Shown here one piece after another: positions 37,308 through 50,491 of a DNA stretch of 64,000 bases. The DNA lies in assembly GCA_965153355.1 (NCBI GenBank), contig OZ231126.1, positions 20,584,001 through 20,648,000 of the forward strand. The letters are read 5' to 3'. Below the pieces are notes generated by a model that had not been told where the DNA came from, did not search any database, and saw only the letters and a list, made by a program, of their open reading frames with translations. The first letter of the stretch is position 1. The number at the start of each line of letters is the position of its first letter. This DNA is from Flaccisagitta enflata. Its lineage: Eukaryota. A program made the translations under genes and the position numbers.

Positions 37308-39682
37308 AACCGTCACCGGAATATCTGTCGCTACGGCTTCAAAAAAAGGCAAATCATGAGGCATATACCAACATGGCTTTTAAAATCTTTGGAATAATTT
37401 GGGGAACATTATTTAGGTGTTCATTTTGCTTAAATTTGGTTTGGGTTGAATTGTCCCCAAAAAAAGTGCCAGTTTTGGCCCAAAATGGCCCTTCTTGGCT
37501 GTTTTTGGCCTATACACCTTCCTTAAAATTAGTGGATTTGGCTGAAATTTTACAGGCACATGTAACTACATCCTATTTAGCTTTCCTAGAGAGATGATGA
37601 TATTTTTCAAAATTTTGGGTACAGTAGATGTTGTTTAGACTTGGAAATATGGGGGAATTCATTACAGGAAGACAAATAAACTTAAATGATTGATATTTGA
37701 AATATAAACTAATAAAAGGATGCTTTATTGCCTATGGGTGTTGGTTGCCTTGGAAAAACATTTTCATGTATTCACGCTAAAGTATCATTATTTGGAGAAA
37801 TTTTTTGAGGGAACATTGTTTAAAATAAAATTTGCTACAACTTTCCCACAATATGTTCTGTAAGAATATCGCTCGTTTGGCGGTTGCTAGAGAGCATCAC
37901 AGGACTGTCAGACATAGGTACGCTCCCTAGCAACGGCTAAACGAGCAATGTTCTTAGAGAACATATTGTGGGAAAGTTGTAGCAAATCTTATTCTAGACA
38001 ATGTTCCCTCAAAAATTTTTTTTCAAAATATTGAAATTTTAGCATATATACATAGAAATGTGTTTCTTTGGCAACTGACACCCAAGGGCGATAAAGCATC
38101 CTTTTATAAGTCTAAACTCTAAAAATCTGTCTGTTAAGTATATTTGTTTTCCTCCTCTAAACCACCTTTGCTTCAGAGCTTCATGTTTGTTTATTCACCA
38201 ACCACATTTTTACCATTATTGCAAGGAAAAAAAAAGGTCATAGGCTTATTTTAGTGTCCAAAAAGCCCAAAAATCATTTTTTTGAACTGCAGCATCCCAA
38301 CATCATGTACTACCACCAACTACACTTTTTTGAAAATCGGACTTCATAAAGATACCCAAATCGGGCTTCTAACTCAAAAAACAACATTTCAAATTTTACT
38401 TTTGCGTGGGGACAATGAAAAATTATGCAGGGGATGGGTCATCCATGACCCAACAAATATTGTTTGGGTTGTTGGTGATCTCCAAAAAAAGTTTGAATGC
38501 TTATTTAACATTATAATAAATGCAAAAAATTGTTATTTTGGTCATCTGGAAGGTAATCCCAAATAGCTAATCCAAAAAACCACCTAGGTGTTGGAGCTTA
38601 CAATTTTTTTCTATATTTGGTAAAAGGTTTTGCGCTTATTTGGTGCTAGAAGAAAAAAAATAGGTCCTGGGGGTCCCAAATAGGAAATAATTTGTAAAAG
38701 TAGCAATTGAAATCACTCCTTGTTGGAATTGATAGTGGCAATTTAAGTCACTCCTATTAGGAATTGATTTAAGTTGCCAGTGCCAGGGCCACCGCAAATT
38801 CTTTTTCTTTTTACTGGCAAAAAATGCTAAATAAGCATTCAAATTTTTTTTAGAGAACACCAACAACCTTAACAATATTTTTTGGGTCATGGTTGACCCA
38901 TTCCCTGCATGATTTTTATTTGTCCCCCTGAAAAGTAAATTTTTTAAAAATTTGAAATTTTTTGAGTTTGAAGCCCAATTTGGGCATCTTTATGAAGTCT
39001 GATTTTCAAAAAATTTTAGGTAGAAGCAAAACATGATGTTGAGATCAAAATCGGACAAGGTTAAGAGGGGTAAATAACACATTTTTGGGTATTGGAATGC
39101 CCAAAATAGTTATTTTTCAGCTTTTTGAGCATCAAAATGAGCCAACAACCTGTTTTTTAAGCCTGCAAATATGATTGGTGAACAAAAAAACATGTAAGCA
39201 TGTAATTTTCAAAAATTTGAAATGTTGCGTTTTGAATTTTAAGTCCAATTTGGGCACCTTTATGAAGTCCAATTTTCTTGAAATTTTAGATGTTGAGTGG
39301 CTACAGTTCAAATTTTATCAAAATTGGACAAGATTTAGGGGGGTAAATGCTTATTTGTTTGGTGTCTAGTATTATCAAAAAAACAATTTATTGGGGTTTT
39401 AGGTAACCAAATTTTTGATAAATGAGCCTGTAAAATGACCAATCAACCAACTTTTACTAGGGTTCATAGGCCGAAATTAGCCAAAAGTAGCCATTTTGGG
39501 CCAAAACGGGCACTTCTTTTGAGGACAGTTGTACCCATGCCAAATTTGAGCAAAACGAACCTCGCATTGGTGTTCCCCAAGGTATTCCGCACATTTCAAG
39601 AGGCATGTTAATATGTGCCTCATCATTCGCCTTTTTAGACCTCTAGATAATGGCCGTAGCGACAGATATTCCGGAGAGGGTT
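37308..39682. mobile_element. Large foldback element containing two further internal palindromes
   Basis: Outer arms of about 250 bp (CCGGAATATCTGTCGCTACGGC / GCCGTAGCGACAGATATTCCGG). Inner palindromes at about 37668-38152 and 38178-39199. Confidence 0.75.
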
Positions 39683-40143
39683 TTATGAATTTGTGCTTTA
39701 AAACTGAGAGTTAAGGAGACTAAAAAATGAGTTGATAAAAAAAATCGTTCATAAGTTGTACCTTTACCCTGTATTTTCTTAAGATTTTTACTTTAATGAA
39801 TGGCAAAATGATTGCTATTTTTTTAAACGTTCGCTGGCATGACTGGGGCAATGCAGGTTTCAGAAAATTTTATTGCAGAAGGAGAAGACATGTTGCGCGA
39901 ATAAAAAAAAAGAGTTTTTCTATAGCTCATTTTTGCGCCTTTGGTTTACTTGGGGCATAATCTATCGGTGGCCAAATTGATGTTTTTTTTCGAGGGCTTT
40001 CTTTTGAGCGACTGTCAATCTACAAATCCAGTCATAACCCCGAAAATCCCTCTGCTCAGAGGTCAGAAGGGGACGCATCGCTGCTCTAGTCAAGGAATGC
40101 CGATTTCATTGTTCCCATTCATTTCTGTACATCCATAGCATAC

Positions 40144-40550
40144 CTCTTTTTAATTCTTCAAGTTGCTTTTCAAACGTTCCCATTTGCTTTTCCCAAACTT
40201 GCAAGATGTTTCTCAACTCGTCTACCCACGATGGACCTCTTGAGATTTGAACCGCATTTGTGTCCGCCACTCTATCACCATCGTCGTCGTACTCTTCATC
40301 AACATCTCCCTCTCCCTCCTGCTCTTCCTTTTCCTCGTCATCCTCCTCTCGATCACCGCCTTTCGCCGCCTTTTTGACAACTTCCCTCTTCTCACCCTCG
40401 CCTTCGTCGTTTTGCTTCATCAATGAATCCGTTTGACGATTTTCGTCGGTTGTCGGCGGAAGAATGTAAGAAATGACGACTCCATGATTTTTCCCTTGGC
40501 TAAGTCGAAGCTCATTATGGGCATTAAGCGATCCTTCCCCCCCCCATAGC
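40144..40550 (-). CDS. Probable exon: acidic region plus short coiled coil (may belong to the H-type lectin gene)
   Basis: Stop-free frame ...DREEDDEEKEEQEGEGDVDEEYDDD...WVDELRNILQVWEKQMGTFEKQLEELKR ending at a G|GTATGC donor. Confidence 0.5.
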
Positions 40551-41191
40551 TATAATCTTCGCATATCAGACAAAACAGTTCCAAGGGGGGAGAGCCTAAA
40601 TTTCTTCATTAGTTGACTCAAGGATTTGTCAGAGCTACTTTCTTCTTTTTTTATTTTTGCAAACATTTCAATCAGTTAAAAATGAATCCCATGAGATTGC
40701 CGATTGCCGATGAAATATTCTGTCATTATTCTGTCACATTACGTCATCTCTTGCCTTCCTAGAGTATTCCCAAGCATATAACTGCGTTCGTTACTCCTCT
40801 TCTTTCAGAATATCTTCCAGACACGCTTAATAAGTTTCCCGAAATCGAGAAAACGCAATTCAAAGACGCTTGTGATTTGTGGAAAAACCTTTAACGAGCC
40901 AAAAACTAATAGTATGAGTCAAATTAAACCAGATAGGATGGTCTTTGCTAGTGATTGATCTGAACAAACATATTAAATCACACTTTTGAAAATAAACTTG
41001 AACATGGTATGATCAAAAAATTGTCTACATCGCTTTTTTTCGCTTGGTAACCATCTCTAAAAGGGAAGAATTTTTCCCAGATGCGCCATTTATAGTGCAT
41101 AAACCGTTTCTACCATTTTTCTGATTAGTGCCTCTCCCCCCTCTTTTGGCGTGAAAATCGAATTTCTTAGATGTTTTTTTTTTTACTCAGT

Positions 41192-41707
41192 TTATTTTTG
41201 ATCCTGTACAGATCGCGTCCAAAGAGATTTCGAAAAAAGACCTGAACGAAAAGAAATCCTAAAATGACCATAATGAGCCTGAGTGCCTGACCTTATCAAA
41301 CACGCTTCCACCGCTTGAGAGAGCTGATTTGAGAATTGAATTTCCTCAGTAATATTCGCATCTTTGTCGAGCTGCTCCGGACTTGTGTAGGCGAAGGAGT
41401 CATCGTTCACGTTATAATTGCCACTTTTGGCCGTGATCCAGTTACCATTAAGGAAGTACGACGCCGCAATCCGGTTACCATTTAGGAAGTACGGTGTTGT
41501 GCGTCGAAGAGCCAAAATGTTATTGCTTCGTCTCTTCTGAGCTATGTTCACGTCGCACGCTCCGACGGGTATCGTGTCGAAACAGTGGTAGCCGTTTTTC
41601 AAATATTTCCGAGAAAAGACGTTTTTGACCGATTCGCATTTCTTTGACGAGATGGCGTTGCTGCAAACTTGACATGACTCTCGTTTGACGCTGGAATCCG
41701 CGAGTTG
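41192..41707 (-). CDS. Exon encoding the end of an ADAMTS cysteine-rich domain plus an ADAMTS spacer domain
   Basis: SCQVC...KC..VKNVF....NGY....TIPVGACDVNI.Q...SNNILALR...YFLNGNW...SGNY matches the ADAMTS/ADAMTSL/papilin spacer pattern (GY..I..IP.GA..I.I...N.LAL....Y.LNG.W). Good acceptor TTTCCCTTTCAATATTCAG. Confidence 0.8.
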   Translation of the reverse strand, partial: QLADSSVKRESCQVCSNAISSKKCESVKNVFSRKYLKNGYHCFDTIPVGACDVNIAQKRRSNNILALRRTTPYFLNGNRIAASYFLNGNWITAKSGNYNVNDDSFAYTSPEQLDKDANITEEIQFSNQLSQAVEACLIRSGTQAHYGHFRISFRSGLFSKSLWTRSVQDQK

Positions 41708-41767
41708 CTGAATATTGAAAGGGAAAGTCATCGCAGGTTTAAAACAAGTTTTATGATTATCTACCTA

Positions 41768-42190
<423 letters not shown>

Positions 42191-43557
42191 AACGTTAAAC
42201 GGGAAGAATCGTGTTTCTGGTCGTCACTAGGAACACGCCTTGATTTCCCAGGCCTAAATTTATGTCTTAATATCGAGGTCGGACCATTAATCAGTCAGTG
42301 ATGCAATAATGCAGAAATCAACATTCTGGCCGATCATAAGCATCCCCCCAAAAATCACATTATTTACGGACACTCTGATGAACCTACATACCTACCAATG
42401 GTCTCACGGTCACATTGCTTATCTGATAGTCAAGTAGCACGCGACTCAAACGGAGAAAAAGAAGAAAGCAGTCTGAAAAACGTGTTTGTAAACAAACACT
42501 CTGTCGCTCGCTTTCTCTCAGAGGTCACTCTACTTATATGACTCATATGACTCGCTCTACTATGGGAGGAAGGATGGAAGGGACGAACGAAAGGAACGAA
42601 AGAAAATAGGAAGGAAGGCTGGGCCCGATTAACCAATAGGCACTGCCTAGGGCCCCGCGCCTAAGGGGGCCCCGCGCCCAAGGAAGAAAAAAAAAGAAAG
42701 AGTAAAAAAGAAAGGAAAAATAAACAGAAAAAAAAAGAAAGAAAAAAAAGAAAGAAAAGAAACAAGAAAAGAAAGGGAGAAGGACAGAAAAAAAACCAAC
42801 AAAATAATGCACATCTAAATTTTAAAAAATATAAATGAATATTTTTGAAGCCTTGTTATTGTTTGCTGTCAGGGTAAAAAGAAAAATATGTTTTATAGAA
42901 TAAATGTTTAAAAGAAATTAGAATACAATTTTTGCTACTAATTTTATATTTTTCATAATTCATTATCTTGTCAATGCTTTATTTTATAATGAAATAAAGC
43001 AATTGACCTTTATTGAATGAGAATTTGCTTAAAGGGCCCCAAAAATTTGACCTAAAAAGGTGAGTGACTGTTTAAGCAGAGGCTGTTAACAAGGGGTGTT
43101 TTAACATTACAAAAAGGCGTTGTCATGGAGGTGGGGTTCCACTGTACCATATTTGCTCTTATTAGCGCCTGGGAGCTTTTGAAATAGGTATAAGACATTG
43201 TCATTTTACCCTCCAATTAGCGCCCCTGTGCCTAAAAAAGTTTTGGTCATTCAATAAATTTTTCATATTTTCATTATGTTTTAAATAAAAACATTTATTG
43301 GTTCATATATTCTGACTGATTAATAGCATCTATGACCATATACACCCCTCAAGGTGCCCTGATAAGTATGATTTTTGTTAAGCACTAATTTTTTTTACTC
43401 CAATTCTTTAATATTTTCATGATTCCAAAGAGAAAAAAGAGGGGGGGCGATAAACAGAGCAATTACGGTAATTACAATTTTTTCTATACACAGATTAACT
43501 AATTCTTTATTAGATTATCACAGTGAGCACATACTGTACTTAGAAAGTTGGTTTATT

Positions 43558-44133
43558 GTTTTTGGGCAGCGGCCCCAAAGGGCCGATGTCCTGTAGGACA
43601 CAGGGGGGAATTTCGAGACGTCCGTCCTTCCGTCCGTCCTTCCGTCCGTCCGTCCGTCCGTCCCCCCCCTTGGCCATCGGGGGCCTAAATTTTGCTCTCT
43701 CAGGCCTGATTTTGACCCTTTGAGCCATCAGAATAGGCTGAATAGCCCTTTCAGACCTCAATTTAGCCCTTGAGACCTTAAATTAGCTCTCCAGACCTCA
43801 TATCTGCCCTCCAGACCTCAACTTAGCCCTCCATACCACCCTCCAGGCCTCACATCAGCTCTTTAGGCCTCAACTTTGTCCTCTGGGCCTCAAGCCTGCC
43901 CCTCAAACCTCAAATCTACTCTTCAGAACCCTCCAGGCTTCGAAACCGCCTTCAATGACCTCTATCCATCTTCTCAAACCTAATATACCTCAGGACGTCT
44001 CGAAATTCCCCCCTGTGTCCTACAGGACATCGGCCCTTTGGGGCCGCTGCCCTGCTCTCTCTCCACTACTTCACTTGATCACTCCAAGCAGGGCATCGGG
44101 TACCGCTGACCATGTGCGATCCTTGGATGACTA
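43558..44133 (+). mobile_element. HINE-like element, GGGCAGCGGCCCC family
   Basis: About 60-bp subterminal inverted repeat (GGGCAGCGGCCCCAAAGGGCCGATGTCCTGTAGGACACAGGGGGGAATTTCGAGACGTCC), (GTCC)n and degenerate 21-bp repeats. Confidence 0.65.
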
Positions 44134-44578
44134 GTTTCTTACTGCAATGGTTTGATGAGCTGTGCCTCAAGGCTGGTATGTGGCTCAAAAGGCTAGTCTT
44201 TGAGTGAAAAGGCTTGGATTTGGGTGAAAAGGCTGGGATTTGGGCTTGAAAGCTGAAATTTTGACCTTGGGGATGGCATTCAGGCCACAAGGTTGGGATT
44301 CGTGCTACAAGGCTGGAATTTGATCATAGAGGTTCTAAGGCATATATTGTGGTCTCAATACCAAGATTGGGCCTCATGGCTTAAATATAGTCCTGTAGGC
44401 TTGGATTTGGGTCTAAGGAAAGGAGGTATGGGAATGGGGAGAGAGAAATCTCCACATGTGAAAGCTGCTCATTATAGAGTGGGCTCAATTATGGCATTCC
44501 AACAAAAAGTCATTTCCAAACATTTTTGATGTTCCATTTGCATAATTATAGCCCCATGTACTTGGAAAATTGATATGT

Positions 44579-45093
44579 TTGCGTGCTTCGCATAGCAAAA
44601 GTTGGTTATTTCTTTTCGCCCTCTTTACCTAATGTGGAGAGACCAATTTTAGGACCCTTACCATTTTTGTTTTATCCAAAATCGTTCATCTTCCGTTTTT
44701 TAGAATATTGCTTTTGAGGACCTAATTTGCATAATGCAGTGGGATAAAACTATATGCTTACATTGTTTGAATAAGCTTTCATAATTTTCTAATCTTCATA
44801 GAATTGCAATTCTGCCTTTTCATTTGCTCTTTCATAACTTATGTTCTGATATTTTAGTTTATTTTTACATATATCATGATTTTTTAAAACAAATAATTGT
44901 CTTTTTTGTAACAAAACTACACAGGATTTTGCTGAATTCTGGGAAATCAGTGGAAACTTTAAGGCCAAAACAAAAACGGAAGATGAAGGAATTTTGAAAA
45001 AAGGAAAATGGTCATCTTTATGATTTATGCTCCTCCACATTACCTTAGTAGGGTGAAGGGATACTCCCAACTTTTGCTATGTGAAGCACCCAA
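44579..45093. mobile_element. Mutator-like MITE, 9-bp TSD TTGATATGT, nested in the foldback arm
   Basis: Same family as 34906-35420. TSD at 44570-44578 and 45094-45102. Confidence 0.8.
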
Positions 45094-45229
45094 TTGATAT
45101 GTACTTGATCCAGGCACATCAATGCTGTAGATGTATAGAATTGATGAGGCAGTGACAACCAGCGGCCCACCCTGGTTCCTTTTAGTTCCCTTTTCTGTCT
45201 CTTCCTACCTCTGGCATTTTTTTTTTCTC

Positions 45230-46900
45230 TTCCGCCGCTGCCGCCTTTGCCTCTTCCTACTCGTCATCCTTTTAATACCCCTCACCTCTTCCGCCGCCGC
45301 CTCTACTGCCCTTACCTGCCCCTTTACACCCTTTTGAGCCCCTAACCTCTTCCGCCACCATTCATACTGCCCCTACACCTCTGCCGCCACCGCTAGTGCC
45401 GCTGTCTACCTTATACCATACCCCTCCACCTCTTCCACCGCTGCCGCTAATGCCACGATCTACCCTATACCATACCCCTCCACCTCTTCCACCACCGCCG
45501 CTAATGCCACTACCTACTATATATCATGCCCCTGCACCTCTTCCGCCGCTAGTACTGCTACCTACTCCATACCATGCCCCTACTCCTCTTCCACTGCCAC
45601 CATTAGTGCCATTGTCTACCCCATATCATACCCCTGCACCTCTTCCGCCGCCTCCGCTAGTGCCGCTACTTACCTCTAACCATGCCTCTACACCTCTTCT
45701 GCCGCCCCCGCTAGTGCCGCTACTTAAATCTTACCTTGCCTCTACACCGCCTCCGCCGCTGCCGCTACTGCCGCTACCTACCTCTTACCATGCCTCTACA
45801 CATCTTCCACCGCCCTCGCTAGTGCCGCTACCTACTCCATACCATGCCCCTACTCCTCTTCCACTGCCACCAATAGTGCCATTGTCTACCCCATATCATA
45901 CCCCTGTACCTCTTCCGCCGCCTCCGCTAGTGCCGCTACTTACCTCTAACCATGCAAGTACACCTCTTCTGCCGCCCCCGCTAATGCCGCTACTTAAATC
46001 TTACCTTGCCTCTACGCCGCCGCTGCCGCTACTGCCGCTACCTACCTCTTACCATGCCTCTACACATCTTCCGCTGCCCCTGCTAGTGCCGCTACCTACC
46101 TCTTACCATCGCTCTACACCTCTTCCGCCGTCGCCGCTACTGCCGCTACCTACCTCTTACCATGCCTCTACACCTCCTCCGCCGCCCCCACTGGCGCCGC
46201 TACTTAAATCTTTCCATGCCTCTCTACCTCTTCCGCCGCTGCCGCTAGTGCCGCTACCTACCTCTTACCAAACCTCGACACCTCTTCGCCGCCACCGCTA
46301 GTGCCGCTAGTGCCGCTAATGCTGCTAGTGCCGCTAGTGCCGCTAGTGCCGCTAGTGCCGCTAGTGCCGCTAGTGCCGCCGCTAGTGCCGCTAGTACTGC
46401 CGCTAGTGCTGCCGCTAGTACCGCTAGTGCTAGTGCCGCTAGTGCCGCTAGTGCCTCTTCCATTATTCCACCCCCTACACCTCTTCCGCCGCCGCCGCTA
46501 CTGCCGCTACCTTGCCTTTATATTTTTTTTCTCTCTAAACCTCTTCCGTCGCCGCCGCTAGTGCCGCTACTTACCCCCAATTATCCCTTATCTCTCCCTA
46601 CACTTCTTCCACCTCTTCCGCTACTGCCGCTACTGCCGCTAGCGGCACTAGCGGCGGCGGCGGAAGAGGTGTAGAGGCATGGTATGAGGTAGGTGGCGGC
46701 ACTAGCGGCGGCGGCGGAAGAGGAGCAGAGCCATAGTAAGAGGTAGGTAGCGGCACTAGCGGCAGCGGAGATAGAGGTGTAGAGGCATAGTATGAGGAAG
46801 GTAGCGGCACTAGCGGCGGCAGCGGAAGCAGTGTAGAGGCATGGTAAGAGGTAAGTAGCGGCACTAGCGGCAGCGGCAGAGGAGATATAGGGGTGTAGTA
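45230..46900. repeat. 54-bp minisatellite (CCGCTAGTGCCGCTA core) with a 9-bp subarray and an inverted block
   Basis: Unit CCTCTTCCGCCGCCTCCGCTAGTGCCGCTACTTACCTCTAACCATGCCTCTACA. (GCTAGTGCC)n at about 46297-46455; reverse-complement copies at about 46640-46900. Confidence 0.9.
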
Positions 46901-47344
46901 AAAAAAAGAAAGAGAGGAAAAGAGGCAATAGAGGCACCGCTATAGGGCAGGGTCCTGGGCAGGAAAAGGGCCTACGGCCCACTGGTTGTCAATGTCTGGA
47001 ATTGATTGATGTAGTTGTTTAAGAAATGTTTTCCATAATCATTCTATGTAACTACAGCATTGATAAGGTCAAGTCAATATCAGTTTTCCAAGTAGATGGG
47101 GCTCTAGCATGAAAAGTGCTTGGAAATGATTTTTTATTCAAATGCACAAATTGAGTCCATTCTACTGCTCAAGTAACAGCACCAAAAACTTTGCCTCTGT
47201 ATATACTTTCTAGAGCATAGATATATATCGCCAAGCATTTTAGGAAATACCATCATACTATCTTAGTAATAATAAGGTTCCAACCTGTAACATTCGTTCA
47301 TTTATTGACATAAAAAAGAAAACAAATCAGTTGCAAATCCATGA

Positions 47345-47450
47345 ATATTTAATGTTAGCCCCATTTGACTGAATCATCACCGCCGTTCATCAGGAAAACA
47401 GTTTGCAGAGCCTCTCTGGGTACTCAGGAGTGATGGCATTCCAAACCTTT
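47345..47450 (-). pseudogene. Remnant of a Tc1 transposase C-terminus
   Basis: KVWNAITPEYPERL...(stop)...AVMIQSNGANIKY resembles the W..I..E....L...AVI..KG..TKY end of Tc1 transposases. Confidence 0.35.
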
Positions 47451-47480
47451 TTTCTTGATTTTCTTGATCCCTTTTTTTGC

Positions 47481-47823
47481 TACATTTACACTTGTAATTC
47501 CAAAGAGATTCAACAAATGATAGAAAAATTGGTGACAGAAATGTAGATCTTCAAATTTGCAAGCAGTCCACGCAAACCGCATCTGTCTAGCTCAATGCGT
47601 TTAGAAGTAATTTAAAAAAAAGTTAAGTCTTATCATTTGAACATTATGTAAAAATGGCAAAAGCAAAATTGAAACATTTCATTCAAAGTTGAGTAACTTT
47701 TGGATGCATTGAGCTATAGAGATGCGGTTTGCGTAGATTACTTGCAAATTTGAAGGGCTTTAATAATCTCACCAATTTTTTGATGATTCGTTGATTCTAG
47801 CCTGAGATATACATGTAAACGTG
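47481..47823. mobile_element. Palindromic MITE-like sequence
   Basis: CTTCAAATTTGCAAG..ACGCAAACCGCATCT..TAGCTCAATGC is mirrored by GCATTGAGCTA..AGATGCGGTTTGCGT..CTTGCAAATTTGAAG. Confidence 0.6.
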
Positions 47824-48022
47824 CGGGAACCTTTTTATTTCTAAGATAGTACAACCGATGAGATTTTGAAATTACTTTTGCCAACAATTCAAGCGTTCAT
47901 AACATGGCTAGGCGCGCCGCACCTTGGAAGGAAAGGAAGAGTGTCGGAAGGAGAGAAAAGGGAAAGGGAAAAAAGAAAGGGAAGAAAGAAGGAAAGAAGG
48001 AAAAAAGAAGAAAAAAAAGAGA

Positions 48023-48104
<82 letters not shown>

Positions 48105-48325
48105 GATGCAATCTAACTGTCAATTCGTGGTCAATTAGCGCCAGCAATGTATAAAAAGTTTTTCTTTATTTTCTGTATTATTTGCTTTCATTTTAGCATG
48201 TCGGAAATAAGATAAGAGAAAATTGTGCCCCTTGGAAGATTTTGAAAGTATGAACGCCTGTCCAACATATTGCACCATCACTCAGCTTCTTGTAACGAAG
48301 TCATTGTAATTGTCATTGCAATGTA

Positions 48326-48889
48326 CAGTATGTTTCATCTCGACTGTAACATTTCATGACGGTGTAGCTCCAAAAGTAATAAAGATAATTCAATTCTGTA
48401 AAAAGTATCTAAAAGATGATACTTTAGCATTAGATGTTCATCAATTCCTAGGAGTTTTTGACAAAAATTGGACGCTTTTATCACATAGCTAACTAGATTG
48501 CACAAAATGCAAAAAATGCTATTTTATTCTTCATATTTCTGAGTTATATAACAATAGGCTTCTTTTCTTTTTCATTTTTATAAACTACAACAAAATTTCT
48601 CTCATTTGACACCAATCTGGCATCAATCGCTCAAACTGTTTGAAAATAGGAGCGATTTAAGGAAAGACAGTAAAACTACCAATGTAGTAAAATAACCCTT
48701 TTTTGCATAGCATATTTTCTAGCTCATAATGTGTTTAAAGGCTGATATTTTTTTCAAAAAGTTGTCGGAATTGTTAATAACAAAATGCTAAAGTATTATC
48801 TTTCAGATACTTTTTACAGAATTGAATTATCTTTATTACTTTTGGAGCTACACCGTCATGAAATGTTACAGTCGAGATGAAACATACTG
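48326..48889. mobile_element. Tc1/mariner-type MITE, young
   Basis: About 105-bp near-perfect TIRs (CAGTATGTTTCATCTCGACTGTAACATTTCATGACGG) with TA flanks. Abuts a second palindrome at about 48892-49122. Confidence 0.85.
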
Positions 48890-49642
48890 TACTACCTAGC
48901 TCATAAATATACGGACACCTGAAAATGAGCATCAACTTTAGAAAGATGCTGCGCCTAAGCAAAATAAGTTACTGACCCAAGATTGGTCGCATTTGAAAAT
49001 TTTTAAACAACTCTTTGAAATGAGCCTAATCTGGTATCAGTAACTCAATTTGTTTAAGGGCAGCACTTCTCTAAAGTTGATGCTACTTTTCAAGTGTCCG
49101 TATATTTATGAGCTAGATGGTAATATAATGCAATGAAATGTTGTCCAAGTAATAAGATAGGAGGTTTTTCCATTTAGTTTTTTACCTCAGTGAAATGTTG
49201 CTGCTTTGTTTTTCTCAACTTTTTTCGATCGGTATATCATAATGTGGTAAGAAATATCGACACAAGAAAGCGTTGAATTTAAAAAAAAAAATTGTTTCAA
49301 AAAGAGGGGAGGCATCATATACTAAAATTGCTAAAAAATTTTGAATTCTGAGAGGTTTTCGCACCACGACTGTATTTCCGTGTATCCGGCCTTGTCAATT
49401 GGCCGCTCACTCGCTCGCTACGTTCGCTCGCTCGCACCGCTCACTCCCTTCACAGGCTCCGCAGCGCTCCTCTTGGCAACGATTTGCTTCGCTACGCTCG
49501 CTCCGTTCACGGGCTCACTCACTCACTTCGCTCACTCCCTTGTGGGACAGTTGAAATTCATGAATAGGTGTTCACGCTGTGATCGCGTTTCAAAGGAACA
49601 AACCAGTTTTTGTCGTCACTAGAAACACGCCCTTTGTCACAC

Positions 49643-49759
49643 CTTTTTCTGCGCTGGCGGCGGCGGCGGCGCAGGCGAAGGCGTTGTGGAAGTCCAAACC
49701 CCGTCGACAACAACAACAACCAAAAGAACAGAAACAAAGGCCGAGGTCGACATCGTCAT
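49643..49759 (-). CDS. Candidate first exon with signal peptide (likely 5' exon of the ADAMTS-spacer gene)
   Basis: MTMSTSAFVSVLLVVVVVDGVWTSTTPSPAPPPPPAQKK|GTGTGA, phase 0. Compatible with the phase-0 spacer exon directly or via a 27-nt exon near 42397-42423. Confidence 0.45.
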
Positions 49760-50218
49760 CTTAGGAGAATCTTCGGTCGAAACGAGAACACAAACTTGCG
49801 AAATATTTAAAGTAACAAACGTTCGGTTTTTATTTTTTTTTAAATCGCGATGCGCAATTAAAAATGGAATCGGTCAAAAGTTTTGACAAAAGAGACTAAA
49901 GAAGCGAAGTTAGGCATGCATGAAGCATGTTTATGTTTGCATTCGCGGGGACGTAATCACTATGCACATTGATAAGAAAGCTTAAGCGTACATTGTAAAG
50001 TTAACATGCCTCTTCACTTCCGCTCATTTCATCGGTGATATTTTGTGTCTCAGTTGAACGGTAAATATAAGATAGGGCTTAAGAACTCATGGCCATGCAT
50101 ACATAACAAACAATGCGAAAGAATATGCGACATCTCAACAGGGGCGTATTTGACGGGGCGTCAGGGGCAGCAGCTGCTGCCCTTTTTGTTGGGACACAAA
50201 CCCAATTGGGACACAAAT

Positions 50219-50314
<96 letters not shown>

Positions 50315-50491
50315 CGAAATGCTTCCAGCTAAAATACAACGGGGTTTTATAGGTTCAATCTACAAAGCCTATTCATCCCCTTGGCTATTCATGTAGTTGT
50401 CTAGGTGGATGCCCTTGACCTTCTTCATCAACCAATCAATCTGACTCATTTCTCATTTCCAAATTTTCACCAAAAAATTGAAATTCTCTTT

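Larger units (their letters stand above)
44475..47164. mobile_element. Foldback element with long TIRs enclosing inverted GC-rich minisatellite arrays
   Basis: Arms TAGAGTGGGCTCAATT..AGCCCCATGTACTTGGAAAA..ATCAATGCTGTAG versus the reverse complement of 47040-47164. CTGCTCA occurs on both flanks. Confidence 0.65.

Noticed and set aside
45396-46301. 301-aa extensin-like proline-rich ORF
   Set aside because: It coincides with a 54-bp minisatellite inside a foldback element, with a GTG start and no splice or signal-peptide support.
48230-48290. KLSDGAICW on the minus strand resembling the ADAMTS Cys-rich V.DGT.C motif
   Set aside because: The match is too short and has no convincing GT donor in phase.
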